64,000 nt of DNA from Patescibacteria group bacterium (GCA_038064735.1 JBBTSI010000003.1:90525-154524), one strand, 5' to 3'; counted from the stretch's first letter, positions 9,432 through 18,308 are shown. Notes: generated from the sequence alone by a model not told the origin. Translations and numbers: made by a program.

Positions 9432-9680
9432 ATGGCTGGTCAAGGAGCTGTTTCTAATCTTGAAAACAAAAAGGATGAGTGGGTACTTTTTCGTCTCACA
9501 GATGTTGGGATTATCTACTGTAAGGAAAATTCTTTTCCTGAAGACGCTGTTGATTACAGGATTAACGGCAAGCCAATCGTTGAAGAAGTGTCTCACCGAT
9601 CAGTTTGGTCAGATGCTTTAAGAGCCAAACATTGTCTTTCCATAGAAGAGCGGAGCAGGACTATTATTCAGCTTCGTTAA
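9432..9680 (+). CDS. Small hypothetical protein (ORF-track start at 9321 overlaps tRNA-Glu; internal MAGQGAV start used)
   Basis: ORF followed by a strong terminator; no recognisable family. Confidence 0.3.
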   Translation: MAGQGAVSNLENKKDEWVLFRLTDVGIIYCKENSFPEDAVDYRINGKPIVEEVSHRSVWSDALRAKHCLSIEERSRTIIQLR

Positions 9681-9697
9681 TTTCCAAAATAAAATCG

Positions 9698-9756
9698 TCT
9701 GAAACAAGCGGAAAGAAAAACCGCCTGCACTTCAGACGGTTTTTCTTTTTCTAAAT
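9698..9756 (+). terminator. Rho-independent terminator
   Basis: cgtctgaa...ttcagacg long hairpin followed by gtttttcttttt. Confidence 0.7.
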
Positions 9757-9812
9757 GTAGCAATAAGTGGATTGTACTATTTTATACATTTTTATTTTGA
9801 TATAATGAAAGG

Positions 9813-12572
9813 ATGGAATACAAATTTGCGACACCAGAGTCTCCATTTAAAAATCCTGAAGATGAATTAACTCACTTGCGTAAACTCATTGCCGAAAAAG
9901 AAAAAAATTTAGAGGATATTGGTTTGAAAAAAGAATCTTTAACTGTCGCCAAAGAAACATTGGCCGAATACAAAGTCGCGTCAGCTTCTACCACTCTCCA
10001 TCCAGAATACGAGATAAAAAGCGAGGATATAGAAAAGATAATACTCAAAATTGCTCCCGAAGAACACGACAAACAAATGAGTGAATTGGTAAAACTAGCC
10101 AAAGAGAAAGGCATCAAAAATGCGCTTTCGGTGATAGAAAAGATGCAAAATTTCCATGTTACCGACGATTTTCACCGGTTTATGTCCGAATATTTGAAAG
10201 AAGGTTTTACTATACCCGGTCTAGATATGAAAGAAAAACTTTCCAAAGGTCTTGATATGGCGCTTTATGAAATTTTGATATCCGATGAATCTGGCAACAA
10301 TGAAGTCAAACCAAGTCTGAGTGAAATAATTTCCAGTATGGAACAGTTTTATGCGGGTATGCTTTCTATAAGTGATCCAAACAAACCAGCAGAAAGTTGG
10401 ATATCGCTTGAAATCGCGGATCCAAATTTTTCTCAAGAAGTAGTTTTTTATGTAGCGGTGCCTACTGCCAAGAAAAATCTTTTTGAGAAGCACATTCTCT
10501 CTGTATTTCACAATGCCAAAATTTCCGAGAAGCCCGATGATTATAATATTTTCAACGAAACCGGATATACCGCTGGTAGTTACGCTTCTTTCACTAAAAA
10601 ACCGATATTTCCGATAAAGACTTACGACAATTTTGTCCACGATCCGCTCAATGCTATCCTTTCTTCATTTTCCAAAGTGAATAGAGATGGTGAAGGCGCA
10701 GCTATCCAACTCATTTGGTCTCCGGTGGGAGATAAATATTTAAAAAGATACAAAACAGCGCTTGAAAGTATCAAGAAAGGTACACCAATCAAAGAGGCTA
10801 CTGATATTCCTGACAGTTTGGGTGGGGAAGTCATTCACACTTTCAAAGATATTTTTTCATCTTCAAAAAAGAAAGATGAAGAAAAAGAAAAAGATAAAAA
10901 ACCAGAACCGATAGATGAGAAAGCAGTAGAAGAGATAAACAACAAAATCAGCTCACCAATCGTAAAGTGCAATCTGCGCATATTAGCTTCTTCTAAAACC
11001 AAAGCTGAAGCCGAAGAAATATTGAGTAATATCAAATCTAGTTTCAACCAATTTGAAAATACTTTCGGCAACTCTTTGAAATGGGTAGATACCGAAAAAA
11101 GCGATTTGCGTAATTTAGTAAAAAATTTCAGTTTTCGTATTTTTGATGAAGATACCGCTTTGACGATGAATCTGAAAGAAGTGACTACTTTGATACATTT
11201 TCATACTAGCGCTTTAAGTTCTTCTGATAGCTTGAAACAAACCCGAAGCGCCACTGCGCCGGCCCCACTTGATATCGCTAAAGAAGGTTTGCTTCTTGGT
11301 ATAAATAAACATCGTAATGCTCAAACCGAAATAAAAATGACTGATGATGACCGCTTGCGCCACTTTTATTGCATCGGCCAGACTGGTACCGGTAAGTCTA
11401 CTTTGCTCAAAGAGATGATTGTTCAAGATATGAAAATGGGCAATGGAGTTTGTATGATTGATCCGCATGGTAACGATGTGCAAGATGTCTTGGCCAATGT
11501 GCCACCTGAGAGATATGACGATTTAATTTATTTTGACCCAGGTTACACTGCACGGCCTATGGCTCTCAATATGCTTGAGTATGATGAAAATTTACCGGAG
11601 CAAAAGACTTTCGTAGTCAATGAACTTTTTAGTATTTTCCGCAAACTTTATGGTAACGTGCCTGAATCAATGGGTCCGGCCTTTGAACAATATTTCCGCA
11701 ATTCTGCGCTTCTGGTGATGGATGATCCGGCATCGGGTAATACTCTGGTAGATATGTCTCGGGTGCTTTCCAATAAAGCTTACCGTGATCTCAAAATTTC
11801 CAGATGCAAAAATCCTCTAGTTAAACAATTTTGGGTTAATGCCGAAAAGACGACCGGTGAACAGGGACTTGCCAATTATGTTCAATATGTCACCAATAAG
11901 TTCGATGTCTTTCTAGCCAATGACATCATGCGTCCGGTAGTCGCTCAAGAAAAATCCAGTTTTAACTTCCGCGATATTATGGATAACAAAAAAATTCTGC
12001 TGGTCAATCTTTCAAAAGGTAGGTTGGGAGATATTAACGCCAATCTTATTGGGCTCATATTGGTTGGTAAAATACTTATGGCTGCTCTCTCGCGCGCAGA
12101 TTCGTTTGGCACGTCGGGACAGTTGCCACCGTTTTATTTATACATAGACGAGTTTCAAAATATCACTACCGATTCTATCGCGACTATTTTGTCCGAAGCT
12201 AGAAAATACAAACTCTCTCTCAATATTGCTCATCAATTTATCGCTCAAATTGAAGAAAATATCCGTGATGCCGTCTTCGGTAATGTCGGTTCGATGTGTG
12301 CTTTCAGAGTTGGCGCTGAAGATGCGGAAATATTAGAGAAACAATTTGGCCCAACTTTCAGCCAAAGTGATTTGATGAATATAGACAACCGCAACGCTTA
12401 CCTCAGGCTTTTGGTGAACGGTAAACCGGCCAAAGCTTTCAATATAGAAGTACCTCCACCACCGATAGGGGATAACACACAAATTGAAAAACTTAAAGAA
12501 ATGTCTTACCTCAAATTTGGAAAACCTCGTGAAGAAGTGGAAAAACTGATTTTAGAAAAATACAAAATATAA
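9813..12572 (+). CDS. Large soluble P-loop ATPase with VirD4/TraG/TraD-type (T4SS coupling-protein-like) C-terminal domain; ~480-aa N-terminal region of unknown function
   Basis: Walker A GQTGTGKST, Walker B YLYIDEFQN, C-terminal NIAHQFIAQIEE...FGNVGSMCAFRVGAEDAE resembling the Q..QL...YG TraG-D_C pattern; no TM segments. Confidence 0.75.
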   Translation: MEYKFATPESPFKNPEDELTHLRKLIAEKEKNLEDIGLKKESLTVAKETLAEYKVASASTTLHPEYEIKSEDIEKIILKIAPEEHDKQMSELVKLAKEKGIKNALSVIEKMQNFHVTDDFHRFMSEYLKEGFTIPGLDMKEKLSKGLDMALYEILISDESGNNEVKPSLSEIISSMEQFYAGMLSISDPNKPAESWISLEIADPNFSQEVVFYVAVPTAKKNLFEKHILSVFHNAKISEKPDDYNIFNETGYTAGSYASFTKKPIFPIKTYDNFVHDPLNAILSSFSKVNRDGEGAAIQLIWSPVGDKYLKRYKTALESIKKGTPIKEATDIPDSLGGEVIHTFKDIFSSSKKKDEEKEKDKKPEPIDEKAVEEINNKISSPIVKCNLRILASSKTKAEAEEILSNIKSSFNQFENTFGNSLKWVDTEKSDLRNLVKNFSFRIFDEDTALTMNLKEVTTLIHFHTSALSSSDSLKQTRSATAPAPLDIAKEGLLLGINKHRNAQTEIKMTDDDRLRHFYCIGQTGTGKSTLLKEMIVQDMKMGNGVCMIDPHGNDVQDVLANVPPERYDDLIYFDPGYTARPMALNMLEYDENLPEQKTFVVNELFSIFRKLYGNVPESMGPAFEQYFRNSALLVMDDPASGNTLVDMSRVLSNKAYRDLKISRCKNPLVKQFWVNAEKTTGEQGLANYVQYVTNKFDVFLANDIMRPVVAQEKSSFNFRDIMDNKKILLVNLSKGRLGDINANLIGLILVGKILMAALSRADSFGTSGQLPPFYLYIDEFQNITTDSIATILSEARKYKLSLNIAHQFIAQIEENIRDAVFGNVGSMCAFRVGAEDAEILEKQFGPTFSQSDLMNIDNRNAYLRLLVNGKPAKAFNIEVPPPPIGDNTQIEKLKEMSYLKFGKPREEVEKLILEKYKI

Positions 12573-12588
12573 AAAAATACGCTCGAGA

Positions 12589-12620
12589 TGTTGCCAGTCA
12601 TCTCGAGCGTCTTCCACTAG
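12589..12620. terminator. Bidirectional hairpin between convergent genes
   Basis: acgctcgagatg-ttgccagtc-atctcgagcgt perfect 12-bp inverted repeat. Confidence 0.6.
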
Positions 12621-12632
12621 GGAAAGGAGAAC

Positions 12633-12869
12633 CTAGCGGGGTGGAAAATCAATCTCATTACCTTGTCTAAGCTTCTCGCGAACCCCCTCAAGGTAGAGAG
12701 AGCTTTTGAATCTTGCAAGTTCATCTTCTTGTTCTCTTTGAACTTGCCTTTTGGCTCGTTTGGCTCTGCCAGACATTATTCCGCCTCTCCTGGCGTATTC
12801 ACGGAGCATTTCTTTATCTCCGTTTAATATTGCTTCCTGCACTTTTGCAGGGATTTCTTTTCGGGCCAT
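12633..12869 (-). CDS. Small highly basic protein (78 aa), unknown function, with consensus promoter and SD
   Basis: AAGGAGG 5 nt before ATG; TTGACA-N16-TATAAT on minus strand at 12899-12926; Lys/Arg-rich. Confidence 0.6.
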   Translation of the reverse strand: MARKEIPAKVQEAILNGDKEMLREYARRGGIMSGRAKRAKRQVQREQEDELARFKSSLYLEGVREKLRQGNEIDFPPR

Positions 12870-12898
12870 AAGGCCTCCTTTCTTGTATCCTAATTTCT

Positions 12899-12942
12899 AT
12901 TATACCATATACACATTTTCTGTCAACTACTTATGTGGATAA
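12899..12942 (-). promoter_or_regulatory. Consensus sigma70-type promoter (TTGACA-N16-TATAAT) with perfect DnaA box immediately upstream
   Basis: rc of 12921-12926 = TTGACA, rc of 12899-12904 = TATAAT; tgtggataa (rc TTATCCACA) at 12934-12942. Confidence 0.6.
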
Positions 12943-13029
12943 CCTGAGTTTGGTTTTATTGCCATAAATAATTGTTCGTTGTAAAATATAGGTAGGTCTT
13001 ATTATCAGTTATTAACTAATTTAAATATT

Positions 13030-13284
13030 ATGGATTTGCAAAGTTTTTATGCAGGCCCAGTTTCAGGAGGATTTATAGCTGCGACTGGCGTATTTCTCAT
13101 GATCTTGGTCTTGTGGACATTAGTTTGGAAAGGTATGGCTCTTTGGAAAGCCGCAGAAGAAAAGAATAAAGTTTGGTTTGTGGTTTTGCTTTTAGTCAAC
13201 ACAGTTGGTATTTTGGATATTCTTTATATCTACGTTTTCAGTAAAAAGAAATCAGCTTCTGTTGTTGAAGCTCCAAAAATGTAA
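13030..13284 (+). CDS. Small two-TM membrane protein
   Basis: Two hydrophobic helices; followed by terminator hairpin at 13294-13333. Confidence 0.5.
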   Translation: MDLQSFYAGPVSGGFIAATGVFLMILVLWTLVWKGMALWKAAEEKNKVWFVVLLLVNTVGILDILYIYVFSKKKSASVVEAPKM

Positions 13285-13334
13285 TTAAATTCTGTTATTC
13301 TTCCCAAAAACCACCTTGTGTTTGCAGGGTGGTT

Positions 13335-13365
13335 TTTATTTGACACGAAAATAGTATGTGTTATA
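13335..13365 (+). promoter_or_regulatory. Consensus promoter TTGACA-N16-TGTTATAAT for 13444 gene
   Basis: ttgacacgaaaatagtatgtgttataat; AAGGAG SD before ATG 13444. Confidence 0.6.
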
Positions 13366-13443
13366 ATGGTAGTAGACTGATTTTTGAGTCTAAGGACAAA
13401 AAACAAATTGATTCTGTAATTCTTTAAAAAATAAGGAGAGATT

Positions 13444-13944
13444 ATGGAGATTATTTTTGCACTGTTGGCGTTGGCTGTCTTTGTCGTCATTTGGCAGATG
13501 TCTTTGTTTGTACGTGTCAGGAGGTTGAAATCTACTATGCCCCGCGTATCAACAGAGTATATGCGGTATGAGGAGTCGATGCGGGATGCAGATAGATCGC
13601 ATTACCTTTTAGATTCAGATGAAAATATTGCTAATCGTCAAGAAGTTAGAGCTCTTATTCTTGCTTCAATGGTTGATCTTGAAAAAGGTGGTTCTGATCG
13701 TTTTGATGATTATGACGACTATTTTGATGATGATTTGGAAACTAAACCCAAATCTACACCACAATCGAATAAAATAGACGCCTTTATCCCGTCTCTTATG
13801 AAAAAGGTTCGGGTGGAAATTGTTGGAGTGTGTCCTGCAGGAAAGACTGTGAAAGTACTTCCCGTTGAGAAGCCTCCCAAAGGTCACATGCGTAAAAAGT
13901 ACAATTTGGCACTGAACAGTATTTCTGCGGAGGCCATCAGTTAA
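13444..13944 (+). CDS. Membrane-anchored protein with acidic DDYDDYFDDDLE stretch, unknown function
   Basis: N-terminal TM, strong promoter and SD, terminator hairpin ccccgcgtt...aacgcgggg after stop. Confidence 0.6.
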   Translation: MEIIFALLALAVFVVIWQMSLFVRVRRLKSTMPRVSTEYMRYEESMRDADRSHYLLDSDENIANRQEVRALILASMVDLEKGGSDRFDDYDDYFDDDLETKPKSTPQSNKIDAFIPSLMKKVRVEIVGVCPAGKTVKVLPVEKPPKGHMRKKYNLALNSISAEAIS

Positions 13945-14051
13945 TGCAAGATCAAGATATTCCTGGTCACTTCCCCGCGTTTCCAATTTTTATAAAAGGG
14001 AACGCGGGGAGTTTTGTTTTTATAAAGTTTTAGGTTATATTTATCTCGTTA

Positions 14052-14122
14052 GGGCTCATAGTATAGCGGTAATACGCATCCATGGCATGGATGAGTTCGG
14101 GGTCCGACTCCCCGTGAGTCCA
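14052..14122 (+). tRNA. tRNA-Ala (anticodon GGC) with G3:U70; atypical T-loop TCCGACT
   Basis: Acceptor GGGCTCA/TGAGTCC with G3-T70, D-arm GTAT-AGCGGTA-ATAC, anticodon stem CATCC/GGATG loop ATGGCAT, T-arm CGGGG-TCCGACT-CCCCG. Confidence 0.7.
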
Positions 14123-14137
14123 CTGAATAGAAAACTT

Positions 14138-14899
14138 TTAAAATCCGATTTTTTTGAAGAGACTACCTAAAGGATTATGACCTTTTAGGGGAGGAATACC
14201 TTTTCCATTTTTATTAGAATTTTCGCTGTATCTAAGTCCGAGACGCACTGGTGCTTCTTTGATGAGTTTCAATATCAGGTCTTCATCATCGGTTATGGTG
14301 TATAAAGATAAATCTTTTTCTTCTATCATACTGTTTTCTAAAAGGCCTTTCTTGAATATTTCTTCAAGTGGAGTCCAAAAATCGCTACCTACCATTATTA
14401 TCGGTGCTTTCGGTATTTTGCTGGTCTGGATTAATGTCAAAATCTCTGTGAATTCATCTAGAGTACCAAAACCGCCTGGAAAATAAATATAAGCTTCAGC
14501 GGAAAAAGCCAAACACACTTTTCGGCTGAAAAAATAATGGAAATCTTCTTTGTCGGTTAAATATTGGTTGTCGTGTTGTTCGTGAGGCAACTCTATGGTT
14601 AGCCCCAGTGAATTGCCACCAGCTTCAAAAGCGCCACGGTTGGCTGCTTCCATGATGCCTGGACCACCACCAGTCATAACCGAATAGTGAAGTTCGGTAA
14701 CGATACGACTCGCCAGACTTCTAGCTTTTTGATAATAAAGGTCGCCTTCTTTAGTGCGGGCGGAACCAAAAAAAGTGACTGAGCGCGGATAATTTTTTAC
14801 AAACTCAAATCCATTTCTAAATTCTTTGGATATGAGGCTGAGGCGCTTGTCGGCAGCCTCACTTATTTCGGACAGGGTCAGGGGTTTATTGTTTTCCAT
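14138..14899 (-). CDS. LOG family protein (cytokinin riboside 5'-monophosphate phosphoribohydrolase-like, TIGR00730-type)
   Basis: GGGPGIMEA and PGGFGTLDE motifs. Confidence 0.85.
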   Translation of the reverse strand: MENNKPLTLSEISEAADKRLSLISKEFRNGFEFVKNYPRSVTFFGSARTKEGDLYYQKARSLASRIVTELHYSVMTGGGPGIMEAANRGAFEAGGNSLGLTIELPHEQHDNQYLTDKEDFHYFFSRKVCLAFSAEAYIYFPGGFGTLDEFTEILTLIQTSKIPKAPIIMVGSDFWTPLEEIFKKGLLENSMIEEKDLSLYTITDDEDLILKLIKEAPVRLGLRYSENSNKNGKGIPPLKGHNPLGSLFKKIGF

Positions 14900-14967
14900 C
14901 CCGTTAGAAATTAAAAAGTTAATAATTTAACCCCGTGTAAATAAAAGGTTCTGATTTCTAACGGGAT
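14898..14967. repeat. 15-bp inverted repeat pair ATCCCGTTAGAAATT ... AATTTCTAACGGGAT abutting the LOG gene start codon (copy 1 of 2)
   Basis: Arms at 14898-14912 and 14954-14967; identical arms at 47996-48010 and 48049-48063. Confidence 0.7.
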
Positions 14968-15064
14968 CCATATGTCCACATTTTAACGGTTTTAAATAAT
15001 AAGGCAATATGATAAAGTGGGTTGAAAGTAAAAAGTTATCAAGTTTAAAAGTTAATAAAAAAAT

Positions 15065-15589
15065 ATGAAAAAGTTATCTACAAAGGAATGGATTGCTGTA
15101 GGAGCGGCTATCGTTTTCGTCGGCTACACTTTATTTGGTGCTAATATTATGAGTTTATTTCAAAGAAATACTATGGATGAAAATGCGCAAGCAGCTGCGG
15201 TCAATGCCGGAGATACTGCTCAAAACCCTGTTGAAAAAAATGTTGGTGGTGTGATTATAAAAGATATAACTGTCGGCACTGGAACTGAAGTTAAAAGTGG
15301 CCAGCTTGTTTCGGTTAATTATTTACTTTCTCTTGCTGATGGTACTGTCGTTCAAAATTCCAAAGATTTTGGTAAGCCTTTTGAGTTTACTCTCGGAGCC
15401 GGTCAAGTCATACCAGGTTGGGAAATGGGCTTTGCCGATATGAAAGTTGGTGGTGTCCGCACCATCACTATTCCTCCTGAGCTTGCTTATGGAGCAGAGC
15501 AAGCTGGACCAATACCTCCAAACTCTACTTTGATCTTCACCATCGAGCTTCTGAACGCTACAGAGGCACCCGCTCAGGCTGTTCAATAA
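15065..15589 (+). CDS. FKBP-type peptidyl-prolyl cis-trans isomerase, membrane-anchored
   Basis: VSVNYLLSLADGTVVQNS...FEFTLGAGQVIPGWEMGFADMKVGG FKBP signature. Confidence 0.88.
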   Translation: MKKLSTKEWIAVGAAIVFVGYTLFGANIMSLFQRNTMDENAQAAAVNAGDTAQNPVEKNVGGVIIKDITVGTGTEVKSGQLVSVNYLLSLADGTVVQNSKDFGKPFEFTLGAGQVIPGWEMGFADMKVGGVRTITIPPELAYGAEQAGPIPPNSTLIFTIELLNATEAPAQAVQ

Positions 15590-16767
15590 TGTTTAAAATT
15601 GAAAAAAAGCTCAAAAATTCTCTCGGCCGAGCAGGTGTTTTAAATACACCATACGGTGATATTTTGACCCCAGCTTTCGTCACGGTGGGTACCAAAGCTA
15701 CGGTTAAATCGCTTTCATCTGAACAAGTTTCGGAGACTGGTTCGCAAATAGTTTTGGCCAACACTTATCATCTCTATTTGGAGCCGGGCGAAAAAATAAT
15801 CAAAGAGGCGGGGGGCTTACATAAATTTATGAATTGGCAGGGGCCGACTATGACCGATTCGGGCGGTTTCCAAGCCTTTTCACTTGGTGTGGCTTTTGGC
15901 AACAATTTAAATAAATTTATTGTAAACGATGCTCCAACACCGGCTGAAATAGAAGAAGCTTATGATGATAGGAAAGTTAAAAAAGCTAAGATTACCGAAG
16001 ATGGAGTTGAGTTTCAATCTATAATTGATGGCAGTACCCACTTTTTCACTCCCGAAAAGTCTATTCAGATTCAAAATGATATTGGCGCTGATATTATTTT
16101 TGCTTTTGACGAATGTACTTCACCCCATGCTTCCAAAGAATATTTGCGTGAAGCAATGGAACGCACCCATCGTTGGGCAAAACGATGTTTAGATTTTCAT
16201 AAGAAAAAAGATCAGGCTTTGTTTGGTATTGTTCAAGGTGGGCGGCATGAAGATTTGAGGAGGGAAAGTGCTAAAGCCATTGCTGAAATGGGTTTTGAAG
16301 GTTTTGGTATTGGTGGTTCTTTCGTCAAAGAAGATATGGCTACGGCGGTCAAATGGGTTAACGAAATTTTGCCTGAAGAAAAACCTCGGCATCTTTTGGG
16401 AGTAGGCGAGCCGATTGATTTGATCTTGGGTGTGGAAAATGGTTGTGATACTTTTGATTGCGTATCACCTACACGTATTGGACGTAACGGTACTCTATTT
16501 ACTCACACCGGCAAAGTACATATCGCAAATGCAAAATACAGAAATCTTTTAGAGCCGATTGAAGTGGGTTGCGGTTGTAATACTTGCCAAAATTACAGCG
16601 CCGCTTATGTCGCCCATCTTTTTCATGCTAAAGAAATGCTCGGATGCACTTTGGCTTCGGTTCATAATGTTTATTTTTTAAATAATTTAATGTCTAGAAT
16701 AAGGGAATCAATTTTAAACAAAACATTTTTTGAATTTAAAGAAGAATTTTTAAGAAATTACAAATGA
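15589..16767 (+). CDS. tgt: Queuine tRNA-ribosyltransferase (tRNA-guanine transglycosylase)
   Basis: LNTPYGDILTPAFV, MTDSGGFQ, Zn site CGCNTC...H. Confidence 0.88.
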   Translation: MFKIEKKLKNSLGRAGVLNTPYGDILTPAFVTVGTKATVKSLSSEQVSETGSQIVLANTYHLYLEPGEKIIKEAGGLHKFMNWQGPTMTDSGGFQAFSLGVAFGNNLNKFIVNDAPTPAEIEEAYDDRKVKKAKITEDGVEFQSIIDGSTHFFTPEKSIQIQNDIGADIIFAFDECTSPHASKEYLREAMERTHRWAKRCLDFHKKKDQALFGIVQGGRHEDLRRESAKAIAEMGFEGFGIGGSFVKEDMATAVKWVNEILPEEKPRHLLGVGEPIDLILGVENGCDTFDCVSPTRIGRNGTLFTHTGKVHIANAKYRNLLEPIEVGCGCNTCQNYSAAYVAHLFHAKEMLGCTLASVHNVYFLNNLMSRIRESILNKTFFEFKEEFLRNYK

Positions 16768-17540
16768 TTTACAATTTGTATAAAAATCGTGGAGAAACGC
16801 CTTTGGAATGTATTCAAAGGTTTGCTAAAAATAATCCGGAACTAAAAGACGAAAAGATGACTTATATGGGCCGACTTGACCCTTTGGCCGAAGGTGTTTT
16901 GCTTATGGCTTCGGGCGAGGATGTGAAGAGGAAAGAAGAATTTTTGGGTTTGGATAAAGAGTATGATTTCATTTCTATTTTTGGTTTTGCTACTGATACT
17001 TATGATATTTTAGGCAAAATTGTCAGAGTGGAAAAATTGGAAGGGCTTTCAGAAACCGAACTTGGCAAAGTAGCTATTGTTTATGAAGGCGAAAGGGAAC
17101 AAAAATATCCTTTTTATTCATCTAAGATGATTTCTTCTCGGGGAAGCTTCTCTCCAGAAAGTCCTCGGGTCTCCTCGCAAAGCTCGGCCAGACTTTCTTC
17201 CGAGAACTTCCCCTCGAAGAAAATAAACATTCACAAAGTTAAATTTCACAAACTGGACACTCTTTCCAGCAAAGAACTTTTCGGCAGACTTCTGATGGAT
17301 ATTTCCAAAGTACGGGGGGATTTCAGGCAAAATGAAATATTGATTTTGTGGAAAGAAATACTTTTTAAATGTCCTCAAAATAAAATTTTTTTGGGAAAAT
17401 TTAGTGCTCATGTTTCCTCGGGCACTTACATCCGCAGTTTGGTGAACGATATGGGTAATACTTTAGGTTTGGGCGCTACCACACTTTCCATCAAGAGGAC
17501 TCGAGTAGGGAATTACAAAATTGAAGATAGTATCAAGTAG
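16764..17540 (+). CDS. truB: tRNA pseudouridine synthase TruB-like, with Ser-rich low-complexity insertion
   Basis: MGRLDPLAEGVLLM catalytic-Asp motif region; KEYDF motif; insertion at codons ~120-155. Confidence 0.78.
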   Translation: MIYNLYKNRGETPLECIQRFAKNNPELKDEKMTYMGRLDPLAEGVLLMASGEDVKRKEEFLGLDKEYDFISIFGFATDTYDILGKIVRVEKLEGLSETELGKVAIVYEGEREQKYPFYSSKMISSRGSFSPESPRVSSQSSARLSSENFPSKKINIHKVKFHKLDTLSSKELFGRLLMDISKVRGDFRQNEILILWKEILFKCPQNKIFLGKFSAHVSSGTYIRSLVNDMGNTLGLGATTLSIKRTRVGNYKIEDSIK

Positions 17541-17554
17541 TTTGTAATTTTGAC

Positions 17555-17583
17555 TTTACTCAAAAAAAACGTATAATGAATTA
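17555..17583 (+). promoter_or_regulatory. Promoter TTGACT-N16-TATAAT for 17605 gene
   Basis: ttgactttactcaaaaaaaacgtataat. Confidence 0.55.
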
Positions 17584-17604
17584 AGAACTGCAAGCCAACA
17601 ATTT

Positions 17605-17799
17605 TTGGGGGCGGAGATGATGTCAATTGAAACATTAGCTGCTTTTTCGTTTGTTTTTGCTGTACGTCAGCAATATGTTTATTTAAAAGAGAAAGCTTTC
17701 TACGCAGGGAAAAAAGCTAGATTACTGAATGCTTTTCTTGTTGGTCTGTCTCTTGCTGGCTGTGTTTTTTGGGTTGGTAAGAATTTAGTTTTAAACTAA
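17605..17799 (+). CDS. Small membrane protein
   Basis: 64 aa, two hydrophobic segments, SD ggcggag; followed by bidirectional terminator 17806-17845. Confidence 0.45.
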   Translation: MGAEMMSIETLAAFSFVFAVRQQYVYLKEKAFYAGKKARLLNAFLVGLSLAGCVFWVGKNLVLN

Positions 17800-17858
17800 A
17801 AATAAATGGGGCGCGAAAGAAATTTCGCTCCCCATTATTTTTTATATCATTTTAGATA

Positions 17859-18308
17859 TTAGACCAAAACTTCTTCAATAATTTTTTTGACCAAAGCGCC
17901 GTCAGCGTTGCCACCGGTCTCTTTCATTACTGCTCCCATGAATTGTCCCATCTTTGTTTTATCAACTTCTCCCAATTCAGTTTTTTTCTTTAAAACTATT
18001 TCACGGATTTGCTCTTCACTCATCTGAGCGGGAAGAAATTCTTCCAAAATTTTGAGTTCTGCTTCCTCGTTTTTAACCAAGTCTTCTCTGTTGCCTTTTT
18101 TAAACTGCTCTATTGAGTCTTTTCTCTGTTTGACTAATCGGCGGATGACCGCGATAGCCTCAAAGTCTGAAAGTTTGTCTTGGGGCTTTCTTTTTAAATT
18201 CATCACTTCGCTTACAAAAGCCGCGACCATCCCTCGTAGTGTGATAAGTCTCACCTGATCCTTGGCTCGCATAGCTTCTGGTATTTGTTCCTGTATTTTC
18301 TCGTGCAT
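17859..18308 (-). CDS. yqeY: GatB/YqeY domain protein
   Basis: Full-length similarity to YqeY-type GatB C-terminal-like domain. Confidence 0.85.
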   Translation of the reverse strand: MHEKIQEQIPEAMRAKDQVRLITLRGMVAAFVSEVMNLKRKPQDKLSDFEAIAVIRRLVKQRKDSIEQFKKGNREDLVKNEEAELKILEEFLPAQMSEEQIREIVLKKKTELGEVDKTKMGQFMGAVMKETGGNADGALVKKIIEEVLV

